Assembly: GCF_004010195.1 (NCBI RefSeq)
Contig: NC_057727.1
Coordinates: forward strand, 11,140,704-11,204,703
Length of the DNA: 64,000 nt
Reading direction: 5' to 3'
Source: Chiloscyllium plagiosum
Lineage: Eukaryota
Position 1 is the stretch's first letter. Every line of letters starts with the position of its first letter. The position numbers and the translations under genes were made by a program. Positions 1 through 10,590 of the stretch are shown piece after piece. The notes under the pieces are model-generated. The model did no database searches. It was not told where the DNA came from and was given only the letters and a program-made list of their open reading frames with translations.

Positions 1-462
1 TGGAGTGGCACCCCCATCTCTTCTCCCATGTGCACGGTTCTCCTGGTATTCCTGGAACCTCACATCTGGGCAACCAATCTTGACTATAGGGGATCCAACT
101 TTTGTAGTCCAATAATGTAATCCAATCATGAAATGTGATCAGATATTCAAGCTTCCATTGGTAACTCCTTGAATGTACATGGTCAGCATTTGCTCATTTT
201 CTGTATTGATATTTATGAATATGTCATTGCTACTATATTCTAAAACCAACAAGGTTATCTAAAGACCAACGCAACTGCCTTAGATGGCCATGTCATTTTG
301 TTCTTAAACAAAATTCAATTAATTGAGAATTCTTTTCCTTTAATTGTTTCAAAAATAGCATGCGACATGAAAAATTTACTACAAAATTGCTGTCAAAAAC
401 ATGATTTTTTTTGTTGGATGGTATCTAATTTAAAAATCACACAACACTAGGTTATAGTCCAA

Positions 463-653
463 CAGGCAGCATCCAAGGAGCAGGAAAATCGACGTTTTGG
501 GCAAAAAGCCGTTCAAATTCCTGATGAAGGGCTTTTGCCCAAAACATCGATTTTCCTGCTCCTCGGATGCTGCCTGACCTGCTGTGCTTTTCCAGCACCA
601 CTCTAAGCTCGAGACTGGTTTACAGCATCTGCAGTCCTTGTTTTTACCTTTAC
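463..653. mobile_element. Non-autonomous PLE 3'-end fragment (family 1), head-to-head inverted pair, flanked by a 13-bp TSD
   Basis: 463-516 is the reverse complement of ~524-578. TSD atagtccaacagg at 454-466 and 654-666. The sequence matches the terminus of the RT/GIY-YIG element at 52031-52160. Confidence 0.75.
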
Positions 654-921
654 ATAGTCCAACAGGTTTATTTATAAGTAAAAACTTTTGGATAGCTGTT
701 CCTTCGTCAGATAGCTAGTGGGGCAGGATCATTTGACAGGATTTATCTTTAAAAAAATCGAAGTTTCATACAACTGATGCAATGTATTGAACAAACCTAG
801 ATTGCAGTTAATTATTTAATCACTTAGAATCTGTAGGCAGTCAGTCCAGGTGACATTTTTAAAATTCCTACTTTGGAAATAGAACCAGACCGACTCAAGG
901 TTGGGATATAGACTGACTCTA

Positions 922-976
922 GGTACTGCTCCTCGGGTGCTGCCTGAGCTGCTGTGCTTTTCCAGCACCACTCTAC
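922..976 (+). mobile_element. Truncated PLE family-1 fragment with 15-bp TSD
   Basis: ctgctcctcgggtgctgcctgagctgctgtgcttttccagcaccactct is flanked by tatagactgactcta at 907-921 and 977-991. Confidence 0.7.
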
Positions 977-1245
977 TATAGACTGACTCTAACCTCACTC
1001 CTTTAATACATTGTCTGAACTGAGATGTCACTTTTTAAAAAAGTTTTAAAAATAAAAACTTAAGTTATCTTGGGACTGTGACTTGAAATAAGTTCTGGAA
1101 TTTACATGTTTATCAATCGAAACCTGCATCCCCCATTCTAAATGATTAAATAGCAATCTAGGTTTGTTCAATACATCACATCAGTTGCATGACATTTTGA
1201 TCTTTTCCTATAAATTCTGTCCTGTGTATCCTGAGCACTAGCTAC

Positions 1246-1274
1246 CTGATGAAAGAGCAGCGCTTCGAAAGCTT
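1246..1274 (+). ncRNA. Minimal hammerhead-ribozyme-like motif (PLE family 2)
   Basis: tac-CTGATGA-a-agagc agc gcttc-GAAA-gctt-gta: core boxes, imperfect stem II, AGCU palindrome, CUU triplet and a short stem I (tac/gta). Confidence 0.55.
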
Positions 1275-1389
1275 GTATTTCCAAATAAACCTGTTGGACT
1301 ATAACCTGATGTTTTGTGATTTTTAACTTTGTGCACCCCAGTCCAACACTGGGAATTCCATATCATTGGGAATTAATGTGAGAGATAAA

Positions 1390-1816
1390 ACGAAACGCGT
1401 TCTCGTTGCCAGGTAACTGTACTTTGTCTGTTCTCGGATACTGTAGTTGGAGCCGTTAACCTTCCATTCACATTGACAGATTCGCCATCAGTGAAGCCGG
1501 TTCGGTTTGAGATTCCACAAGAGATGAATGCTTGTTAAAAACAGGAATTTTCCATGCTCTCCCCAAAGATGAAATAAGATGTGTTAGAGGTGGTGGGTTT
1601 ATTGAGGAGGTTGGATTTTGTGGAATTTGTGTCGAAAGTGCGGTTGTCGGGAGAGGCCGTGTCGGTTGGTCATTCCCCCCATCCCCCTCCCAATCACCTC
1701 CTTGTCCCGGGTGGGTTCGGTGCTTCCAGTAGCGGCAGTGTCCCAGTCAGTGACTAGCGGACAGGTAGGAGCGAGGGAAGGTTCCACTCCCGAGTGATGC
1801 AGCTCCCGGAGCGGCG
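1390..1816 (+). promoter_or_regulatory. CpG-enriched promoter / 5' UTR of TCTA with an RFX X-box-like site
   Basis: Local rise in GC and CpG directly upstream of the TCTA ATG; GTTGCCAGGTAAC at 1405-1417. Confidence 0.55.
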
Positions 1817-2030
1817 ATGGATGCGCCGTCTTGGGATCTCGGGCTGTTCTCATTCTTGCTGGAGCGTCTCCTCTCCTTCTGCAGCGAGTTCGCTCAGGAC
1901 TGGAGCAGCAACGACATGAGGGTGACCATCTTCAAGATCCTACTGGGCTGGCTGCTGGGCAGCTTGGTGGCTATCCACATGGCCTGGAAGTTTTATGGGG
2001 CGACAGTCAATGACATGTACTACAGGCAAG
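1817..2030 (+). CDS. TCTA: T-cell leukemia translocation-altered protein, coding exon 1
   Basis: MDAPSW...SEFAQDWSSNDMRVTIFKILLGWLLGSLVAIHMAWKFYGATVNDMYYRQG matches the recalled TCTA family pattern (human [23 protein letters not shown]...AWGFYGNTV). Good Kozak context gcgATGG; donor GT at 2031, phase 1. Confidence 0.93.
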
Positions 2031-2259
2031 GTGTGTGTGTGTGTGTCGGGGGACGGTGTGCGGCGGCTGTTGTTGTTGGGAGTGTGTAGGGTGGGGATTC
2101 ACTCGAATTTTACACTTCCCTAGTCCGTGTTGTTGATATCAAGTTACTACTGCTAATTAAAGCTTCTGTACGATTTGGGCATCTCACGCTAATATCTGTG
2201 TCTCGCCAACGTTTTTGTAAATTATAATTGTGGTTAACGACCTAGATATTTTGTATGAT

Positions 2260-2662
2260 GTCGTTTGAGGGATAGATATTATCCAGGATACCAGGAATCA
2301 CTTGAGTTTCCAAGACTTTGGACTTGAAATATTAGCTCTGTTTCTCCCCTCCATAGATGCTACTGGATTCGAGCTTTCTTTTTTTTGTTTCAACTCTTCA
2401 GCATGAGCAATGCTTTACTTTTAATAACTGGGATAAATCATTTGCACTTCTTTGAAATAGTGCCAAAGATCTTTTATATTTGCCTGAACAAATAGATGGG
2501 ACCTGGGTTCATCTGAAAGATGGTATTTCTGGCAGTTGCCTGCTTCCTCTACTGCAGTGGAGTGTCAGTCTTGTTTTTTTTAATGTGCTGAACCCCTAGT
2601 TTGGGACTTTGTCCCAACACCTTGTAGTCTGGAGGTGAGTGCTTCCAACTGAGCCACAGCTA
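2260..2662 (-). mobile_element. Old tRNA-headed Deu-domain SINE (SacSINE1/AmnSINE-like), interrupted by a degenerate PLE-derived fragment (~2310-2425)
   Basis: Minus strand reads agctgtggctcagttggaagcactcacctc (tRNA A-box head) followed by a Deu-like tttcagatgaa...aaaagatc..tggcactatttcaaagaag. Confidence 0.5.
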
Positions 2663-2769
2663 GCACTGTAGCCCAGAAGTTGTTCACTTGGAAGGGCAGA
2701 TGACTTGAAACATTGAGAAAACAAATTGCTTAAAGTTTTGTGTTGCTGCTCACATAAAATCAGATAATT

Positions 2770-3078
2770 ATGCCAAGAGGCTATTCAGCCCATTGAGTCT
2801 GCACCAACTCGCTGAAGAACTCATCCCAACCAAACCCAGCACCCGAGCTATCCCTACTATTACCATGGCTAATCCACATAGCCTGCACGTGGATGAGTTG
2901 GACCGAAAGTTTGTTTCCGTGCTGTACATATTTGGACTGTGGAAGAAAACCGGAGTACCTGGCAGAGACCCATCCAGACACACGGAGAATGTAGAAACTC
3001 TACTCAGTTACTCAAGGCTGGAATCACACCCGGGTCCCTGGTGCTGTGAGGCATCAGTGCTAACCACTGAGCTGCCTG
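2770..3078 (-). mobile_element. HE1-type V-SINE
   Basis: Reverse complement of the tRNA head (gctcagtggttagcactgatgcctcacagcaccagggacccgggt) plus V-domain, similar to 12628-12945. Confidence 0.8.
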
Positions 3079-3794
3079 TGTGAACTCATTGTGAATTCTT
3101 GTCTTCATCTTTACCATTTTCACCAACAGTGGTTTCCTGTGCAATTGAAGGCTTTTTCTAAAAGTAAAAAGTCAATATTCTGTAACCTCTGTTCTCCTGC
3201 CCCAAAACTGAAGATGCTGACAGTCCCAAGAACATTGGTAATCAAGGAAGTGGTCACCTCTCACAAACACTTTGGGTAATAATTGCAGGTAATTTAAATG
3301 AACTTTTTTTTTGTCAGAACCAGGAATGTCAAGAACAGTAACTTGTCCCAGCCTTCTGCATAATAGCTAAAGCCAACTTTTGTCTCTTCTCAGATTCAGT
3401 AACATTTGTCTGTAATATTTTGCTAGCTGAGTTCAGCTAACTCTCTGTGAAGTTTGATATCCAAGCATGATATTTTTCTTTCCATGGTTCCATTGTTGAG
3501 CAGGTGCACTGATGTGTTTTACTCGTATGAAGTTGCTGACCAATTAATATTCCCTTTGCTTTAAGTTTATTTGAAGGTCAAGGCCATGTCCTGCAGGGAA
3601 AACGGTGTGTGAAGTATTCTCTAAATGGCCTCTCTGATCAGATTTTGGCTTGAACTCTACATTCCTACCTGTTCCCTTTAACCGTCGATTTCCCCTATGG
3701 TTCAGAATTATGTTTATCTCAACATTGAATGTCTTCAGTGACTCACCCTCTGTTCCCTGCAGAAGAGAATCCTAATCCTCTCTGAAACAACAAA

Positions 3795-4104
3795 TACAGT
3801 GGCTCAGTGGTTAACACTGCTGTCTCACAGCACCAAGGTCCCAGGTTCGATTCCAGCTTCAGGTGACTGTCAGTGTGGAGTTTGCACATTCTCCCCGTGT
3901 CTGCGTGGGTTTCCTCCAGGTGCTCCAGTTTCCTCCCACAGTCCAAAGATGTGCAGGTCAGGTGAATTAGCCATGTTAAATTGCCCATAGTGTTCAGTGC
4001 ATTATTCAGAGGGAAATGGGTCTGGGTGGTTTACTCGTCGGAGAGTCAGTGTGGACTTGTTGGGTCGAAGGGCCTGTTTCCACACTGTTGGGAATCTAAT
4101 CTAA
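3795..4104 (+). mobile_element. HE1-type V-SINE inserted into an old minus-strand CR1 fragment (~3580-4900)
   Basis: tRNA head, V-domain gtggagtttgcacattctccccgtgtctgcgtgggtttcctcc, LINE-derived tail gaagggcctgtttccacactg and (atcta)n. Confidence 0.88.
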
Positions 4105-4463
4105 ATTCTTCCATTTTCTCCTCCTCCCCCATGTTCTAGGTCCTCCCATGAGGGAAAACAGCCTGATCCCCTGACATGCGCTCTCATAATTTATGTTGTA
4201 AATTTTATCATTCTTCTGAATTACGATGAGAATGGGCTTACCATGCTCACATTTTTTTGAAAAGACTCCCTTCATCCCTATAATCAACTTTCTCTGACTG
4301 TCACCAATGCAATACATCCCTCCTTTAAATATGGAATCAAAACTATACATAGTACTTCAGGAGTGTTTTGTGCAACTTTCCGAGCAAAGACTTTGCAGTT
4401 TTAATGCTCCAATTCAGCTTGCAAAGAAGGCCACTATTCCATTTGTCTTCGTTGCTAGATGAT

Positions 4464-4777
4464 GACCTAGTGGTAGTATCGCTGGCTTGTTAAATCAGAG
4501 ACTCGGGTAATGTTCTGGGGACCTGGGTTCAAATCTGCTATGCCAGGTGATGAATTCCATAAAGAATCTGGAATTAAGAGACTGATGATTGTTGGAAAAA
4601 CTCACTTGGTTCACTAATGTCCTTCCGGGAGGGAAACTGTCTTCCTCACTTGGTCTGGCCTCTGTGTGACTCCCAACCCACAGCAATGTGGTTGACTCTT
4701 AACTACACTCTGGACAATTAGGAATGGGCAATAAATACTAGCCTAGCTAATGATGTCCTCATTCAATAAATGAATAC
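4464..4777 (+). mobile_element. tRNA-derived SINE with LINE-type tail (LF-SINE-like shark family)
   Basis: Head ctagtggtagtatcgctgg...gggttcaaatc, core ggttcactaatgtccttc..gggaaa...cccacagcaatgtggttgactcttaac and tail atgggcaataaata. Related pieces at ~14975-15160 and ~41000-41260 (-). Confidence 0.6.
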
Positions 4778-5056
4778 AGTAAAATACTTGCTGTATCTGC
4801 ATGCTAGCATTTTGTCTCATGTCTCATGTAAGGATCCCTCTGGACTGGAGCATTCTGTCTATCAATTGTAAAAAATATTTTACTTCACCAACTTGCCTAT
4901 CAGAGTGGATAACCTTTTTCCAGACTTTGCTTTTTTGCTCATGGTAATAATGCAGAACTTGTCACTTTTACAGATCTGTTTTATAATTTAGTTCCTAACT
5001 TCTCATTTTTTTCAACAGCCTCTTTTTTTTCTCCTCAGTGTTATTGATATGTATGT

Positions 5057-5120
5057 GGACCATAATAACCTGATCTTTCCTCTTCTATGGACCATAATAA
5101 CCTGATCTTTCCTCTTCTAT
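5057..5120. repeat. Perfect 32-bp tandem duplication
   Basis: ggaccataataacctgatctttcctcttctat occurs twice (5057-5088, 5089-5120). Confidence 0.95.
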
Positions 5121-5459
5121 TTCAAATTCCTCTCCGCTCAGACTAGATGCTCTTAATATTAGTACCAGACAAGCAGTGTGGTCTTGGCTACCGACAGTCA
5201 GTTGCAGAAAACAGTATCTGTCCCACTATAACCACACTATCCATAACCACTACTACAATCACCTTTACACCCTGCATCTCTCAAATGGCTTCTAGTCTTT
5301 TGTTTCCTCCCTGCCATCACTGCTGTTGCCCTATAGGCTAAAAATAAATATTTGTTCTTGTAAATCCAACTTAATTGAGCAACTGTTTGTTTGGTTATAT
5401 GTTCAGGATGGTCCATAACACCAAATTGTTTTTGGAATTATTTTACAGATAAAATATAT

Positions 5460-7735
5460 AGATTTTAAAAGACATCTGGATGGGTACATGAATAGGAAGG
5501 ATTTAGAGGAATATGGGCTAAGTACTGGCTAGAATCAGGGAGAGTTCCCAGAGGACTGGAAAATTGCTAACATGACACTCCCTGTTCAAAAATGGAAGAA
5601 GGCAAAAGACAGACAATTACAGACCAATTAGCCTAACTTCTGTCATGGTAAGATCCTGGAATCCATTGTGAAGCATGAGATTTCTAAATATTTGGAAGTA
5701 TATGGTAAAATAGGGCAAAGTCAGCATGGTTTCATCAAGGGGAGGTCATGTCTGACAAATCTACTAAAATTCTTTGAGGAGACCACTTTTGGAATAATGC
5801 ATGCAATTCTGGTCTCCTTCCTATTGGAAGGATGCTGTGAAACTTGAAAGGGTTCTGAAAATATTAACAAGGACATTGCCAAGGTTGGAGGGTTTGAGCA
5901 ATATGGAGAGGTTGAATAGGCTGGGGCTGTTTTCCCTGGAGCATCAGAGGCTGAGGGGTGACCTTATAGAAGTTTATAAAATCATGAGGGGCATGGACAG
6001 GGTAAATAGACAAGGTCTTTTCCATAGGGTGGGAGAGTTCAGAACTAGAGGGCATAGTTTAGAGTGAGAGGGGAAAGATAGGTAAGTTAGGTAAAGGGGC
6101 AGTACAAAGAGATCTGGGTGTTCTTGTACACCAGACAATGAAGGCAAGCATGCAGGTACAGCAGGTAGTGAAGAAAGCTAATAGCATGCTGGCCTTCATA
6201 ACTAGAGGGATTGAGTATAGAAGCAAAGAGGTTCTTCTGCAGCTGTACAGGGCCCTGGTGAGACCGCACCTGGAATATTGTGTGCAGTTCTGGTCTCCAA
6301 ATTTGAGGAAAGACATTCTGGCTATTGAGGGAGTGCAGCGTAGGTTCACGAGGTCAATTCCTGGAATGGCGGGACTATCATGTTGAAAGATTGGAGCGAC
6401 TCTGCTTGTATACCCTTGAGTTTAGAAGACTGAGAGGGGATCTGATTGAGACGTATAAGATTATTAAATGTCTGGACACTCTGGAGGCAGGAAACATATT
6501 TCCACTGATGAGTGAGTGCCAAACCAGAGGACACAGCTTAAAAATAAGGGGTAGACCATTTAGGACAGAGATGAGGAGAAACTTCTTCACCCAGAGAGTG
6601 GTGGGTGTGTGGAATGCTCTGCCCCAGAAGGCAGTGGAGGCCCAGTCTCTGGATTCGTTTAAGAAAGAGTTGGTTAGAGCTCTCAAGGACAGTGGAATCA
6701 AGGGTTATGGAGATAAGGCAGGAACAGGATACTGATTGAGGATGATCAGCCATGATCATAATGAATGGTAGTGCAGGCTCGAAGGGCAGAATGGCCTACT
6801 CCTGCACCTATTGTCTATTGATATAAAAGAGACCTCGGGGCAATTCTTTTTATGCAGGGGATGGTGCGTGAGTGGAATGGGCTGCCAGAGGAAGTGGTGG
6901 AGGCTGGTACAATTGCAATATTTAAGAGGCATCTGGATGGATATATGAATAGGAAGGGTTTGGAGGGATATGGGCCAGGTGCTGGCAGGTGCGTCTAGAT
7001 TAGGTTGGGATATCTGGTCATCATGGATGAGTTGGACCGAAGGGTCTGTTTCCATGCTGTACACCTCTGCGACTCTAAGTAATGAACAGGTTAAACCAAG
7101 GAGAACCAATGGATGTTACATCCCTGGACTTAAAAAAACAAACAAAGGCCTTTGAAAAGGCTCCGCAGAGGAGGCTGCTGAGTAAGGTAAGGGCTCACGG
7201 TGTTAGAGGCAAAGTGCTAGCATGGATAGAAGCTTGGCTGTCTGGCAGAGAGTGGGGATGAAAGGGCCCTTCTTAGGGTGGGGTGACAAGTGGTGTTCCA
7301 CGAGGCTTAGTGTTGGGATCACAACGTTTCACTTTATACATTAACAATCTAAATGAAGGTACTGAGGGCATTCTAAGTTTGCAGACGATACAAAGATAGA
7401 TAAGAGGACAGGTAGCACTGAGGAGATAGAGAGGCTGCAGAAGGATTTGGACAGCTTTGGAGAGTGGGCAAAGAAGTAGAGAGTAGAAGTAGGCAAAGAT
7501 AGAGTACAATGTGGGAAAATAAGAGGTTATACACTTGGGTAAGAAGAATAGAGGCATGGACTATTTTCTAAATGGGGAGAAAGTTCAGAAGTCTGAACTA
7601 TTTGTACAAAGAGACTTGGGAATTCTAATCCTGGATTCTCTCAAAGTAAACTCACAGGTTGAGCCAGTAGTTAGTAGGGGGCAAATGCAGTGATGGCATT
7701 TACTTTGATAGGACTTGAATATAAAAACAGGCATA
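5460..7735 (+). mobile_element. Mosaic of nested CR1-clade (HER1-like) LINE fragments
   Basis: ORFs 5801-6067, 6138-6386 and 6325-6735 encode CR1 RT C-terminal motifs (LYRALVRPHLEYCVQFWSP, RRLRGDLIETYKI, TRGHSLK, FFTQRVV..WN.LP). One copy (~6078-6820) interrupts another (5780-6077 resumes at ~6821). Confidence 0.9.
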
Positions 7736-7990
7736 TACTCTCTCCTGTGAGCTCTCTCTCTCCCCCGCCCAGAACCCTTCAGCTAGTGAATGTAATTTCA
7801 AGAAGAATGTTCTCTCACACTTATTCTCTCTCGCTCGCTCTTTGATAGGACTTGAATATAAAAACAGGCATATACTCTCTCCTGTGAGCTCTGTCTCTCC
7901 CCACCCCCACCCTCCCCCCGAACCCTTCAGCCAGTGAATGTAATTTCAAGAAGGATGTTCACTCTGTCGCTCGCTCTGTCGCTCTCGCGC
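7704..7990. repeat. ~137-bp imperfect tandem duplication ending in (tc)/(tcgc) microsatellite
   Basis: tttgataggacttgaatataaaaacaggcatatactctctcctgtgagctct...gaacccttcagc.agtgaatgtaatttcaagaag starts at both 7704 and 7841. Confidence 0.9.
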
Positions 7991-8111
7991 GCGCTAACTC
8001 ATTCCCCTCACCCCGGTCGAGTGCTTTCCTGCATCTCCTTAGCAGATGTAAGGCTACCAACTTTCTGCGGGGACAAAGCAGGAGAACGAGGTTCAGAAAC
8101 TTATCGGCCAT

Positions 8112-9425
8112 GGAGTCATAGAGATGTACAGCATGGAAACAGACCCTTCGGTCCAACCTGTCCATGCCGACCAGATCCCAACCCAATCTAGTCCTGCCTG
8201 CCAGCACCCGGCCCATATCCCTCCAAACCCTTCCTATTCATATACCCATCCACATGCCTCTTAAATGTTGCAATTGTACCAGCCTCCACCACATCATCTG
8301 GTAGCTCATTCCAAACACGTACCACCCTCTGTGTGAAAACGTTGCACCTTTGGTCTCTTTTATATCTTTCCCCTCTCACCCTAAACCCATGCCCTCTAGT
8401 TCTGGATTCCCCGATCCCAGGGAAAAGACTTTGTCTATTTATCCTATCCATGCCCCTCATAATTTTGTTAACCTGTATAAGGTCACCCCTCAGCCTCCGA
8501 CGCTCCAGGGAAACAGCCCCAGGCCTATTCAGCCTCTCCCTATAGCTCAAATCCTCCAACTCTGACAANNNNNNNNNNNNNNNNNNNNNNNNNNNNNNNN
8601 NNNNNNNNNNNNNNNNNNNNNNNNNNNNNNNNNNNNNNNNNNNNNNNNNNNNNNNNNNNNNNNNNNNNNNNNNNNNNNNNNNNNNNNNNNNNNNNNNNNN
8701 NNNNNNNNNNNNNNNNNNNNNNNNNNNNNNNNNNNNNNNNNNNNNNNNNNNNNNNNNNNNNNNNNNNNNNNNNNNNNNNNNNNNNNNNNNNNNNNNNNNN
8801 NNNNNNNNNNNNNNNNNNNNNNNNNNNNNNNNNNNNNNNNNNNNNNNNNNNNNNNNNNNNNNNNNNNNNNNNNNNNNNNNNNNNNNNNNNNNNNNNNNNN
8901 NNNNNNNNNNNNNNNNNNNNNNNNNNNNNNNNNNNNNNNNNNNNNNNNNNNNNNNNNNNNNNNNNNNNNNNNNNNNNNNNNNNNNNNNNNNNNNNNNNGT
9001 TCTGTATCCAAATGGCTAGTTCTCCCTGTATTCCATGAGATCTAACCTTGCTAATCAGTCTCCCATGGGGAACCTTGTCGAACGCCTTACTGAAGTCCAT
9101 ATTGATCACATCTATGCTCTGCCCTCATCAATCGTCTTTGTTACTTCTTCAAAAAACTCAATCAAGTTTGTGAGACATGATTTCCCACGCACAAAGCCAT
9201 GTTGACTGTCCCTAATCAGTCCTTGCCTTTCCAAATACATGTACCTCCTGTCCCTCAGGATTCCCTCCAACAACTTGCCCACCACCGAGATCAGACTCAC
9301 CGGTCAATAGATCCCTGGCTTGTCTTTACCGCCCTTCTTAAACAGTGGCACCACATTAGCCAACCTCCAGTCTTCCGGCAACTCACCTGTGGCTATCGAT
9401 GATACAAATATCTCAGCAAGAGGCC
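8112..9425 (-). mobile_element. Relatively young CR1/HER1-like LINE 3' portion spanning an assembly gap
   Basis: ORFs 9112-9300 (QHGFVRGKSCLTNLIEFFEEV), 8540-9109 (MDFSKAFDKVPH) and 8188-8568; 3' tail gaagggtctgtttccatgctgtacatctctatgactc. Confidence 0.9.
8569..8998. other. Assembly gap (N run)
   Basis: Run of N. Confidence 1.
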
Positions 9426-9684
9426 CTAATTGAATGGTAGAGCAGACTCGATGGGCTGAATGGCCTAATTTCTGCTCCTATGTTCTGTGGTCAAATTGGA
9501 CTGGATTAATTTAGGATATCTGGCTGGCATAGATGAGTTGGACCGAAGGGTCTGTTTCCATGATGTACAACTCGATGACTCTATAAATAGAGCAACCATT
9601 TTGAACTGAGCAGGATCCGATAAATGGCACTCAAATAAAAGCGAAATATTGCAGATACTAGGATTCTGAAATAAAAACTAAAGT

Positions 9685-10250
9685 AAGTATGTAAGTTAGC
9701 TTACTGAGCTGTAAGGTTTGTTTTCAGACGTTTTGTCACCATGACTTGGTAACATAACCAGTGAGAGTCTCCGGTGAAGCGCTGGTGGTATGCCTTGCCT
9801 CTATAGGTCTTGGTTTCTTAAGGTGGGTGATGTCATTTCTGTTTTTTTTTCAAGGCAATGTAGAAAGGGACTAAGTCGCTGTGTTTATTGATGGAGTGCT
9901 GGTTAGAATGCCATACCTCTAAGAATTCTTGTGCGTGTCTTTGTTTCGCCTGTCCCAGGATGTGTGTGTTGTCCCAGTCAAAGTGATGTCCTTCTTTGTC
10001 TGCATGTATGGAAACTAGTGATAGTACGTCGTGTCTTTTGGTGACCAGTTGGTGTTCGTGTATCCTGGTGGTAAGTTTCCTGTGTGTCTGATGTAGTGGG
10101 TTGTTTTTTACAGCTCTGCATGGTACTTTGTAAATGATGTTAGTTTTGCTGATAGTATCTAATCGATCCTTTAGGTTTATTCGTTGCTGTTTAATTGTGT
10201 TGGTAGGTTTGTGGGCTACCATGATACCAAGGGGTCTGAGTAGTCTGGAA
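9685..10250 (-). mobile_element. Penelope-like element family 3, 3' part with GIY-YIG endonuclease remnant
   Basis: ORF 9833-10288: KPTNTIKQ...KD......KTNIIYKVPC...RKLTTRIHEH...H...GHHFDWDNTHIL...FLEVW. Degenerate hammerhead core at 9725-9763 (-). Confidence 0.8.
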
Positions 10251-10379
10251 CAGAAACAAAGCCCAACAAGCAGGCACAGCGCAACCAAAATCTATAGCCA
10301 CATTACTTTACATCAAAGACATATCAGAAATGACTTCGAGACTACTCAGACCTGAGTTAAAATCTTCTCAAAAACTGAT

Positions 10380-10590
10380 AAAAACAATGTGTAGGAGAAC
10401 TTCAGGTCTGGCAGCATCTATGGAGAGAGAACGAGAGAGTTAACATTTCAAATCCAGTGTGACTCTTCTTTGGAATGGCCATAATCTCACACTGGACTCC
10501 ATTATAACTTTGTTTCTCTTTCCAAATATGCTGTCAGGCCTGCTCAAGTTCCCTAGCACTTGGGTCACTTTTGGCAATACAAACAGAGAA
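10380..10590. mobile_element. Old inverted-pair PLE-derived element
   Basis: caggtctggcagcatctatggagagagaac...gttaacatttcaaatccagtgtga is inverted relative to tcacactggactcc..ataactttgtttctctttccaaatatgctgtcaggcctg. Confidence 0.5.

Larger units (their letters stand above)
430..1352. mobile_element. Penelope-like (PLE) derived element, family 2, arranged as a large inverted repeat (430-830 vs ~1130-1326), with two nested family-1 insertions
   Basis: 430-466 plus 654-830 is the reverse complement of ~1130-1326 (e.g. ggttatagtccaacagg / cctgttggactataacc; gtattgaacaaacctagattgc / gcaatctaggtttgttcaatac). A hammerhead-like core lies in each arm (1246-1274 +, degenerate 683-710 -). Confidence 0.7.

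Noticed and set aside
1-430. RHOA first exon, head-to-head with TCTA in human
   Set aside because: No RHOA-like coding sequence or second CpG island upstream of TCTA inside the window.
2031-2089. Single-exon 90-aa TCTA as given in the ORF track
   Set aside because: Homology stops at 2030 and resumes in spliced exons at 15309 and 17334; the tail is a translated GT repeat.
5057-5120. Direct repeats (32 bp here, 21 bp at 31627) as a CRISPR-like array
   Set aside because: Only two adjacent copies with no spacers, in a vertebrate genome; simple tandem duplications.
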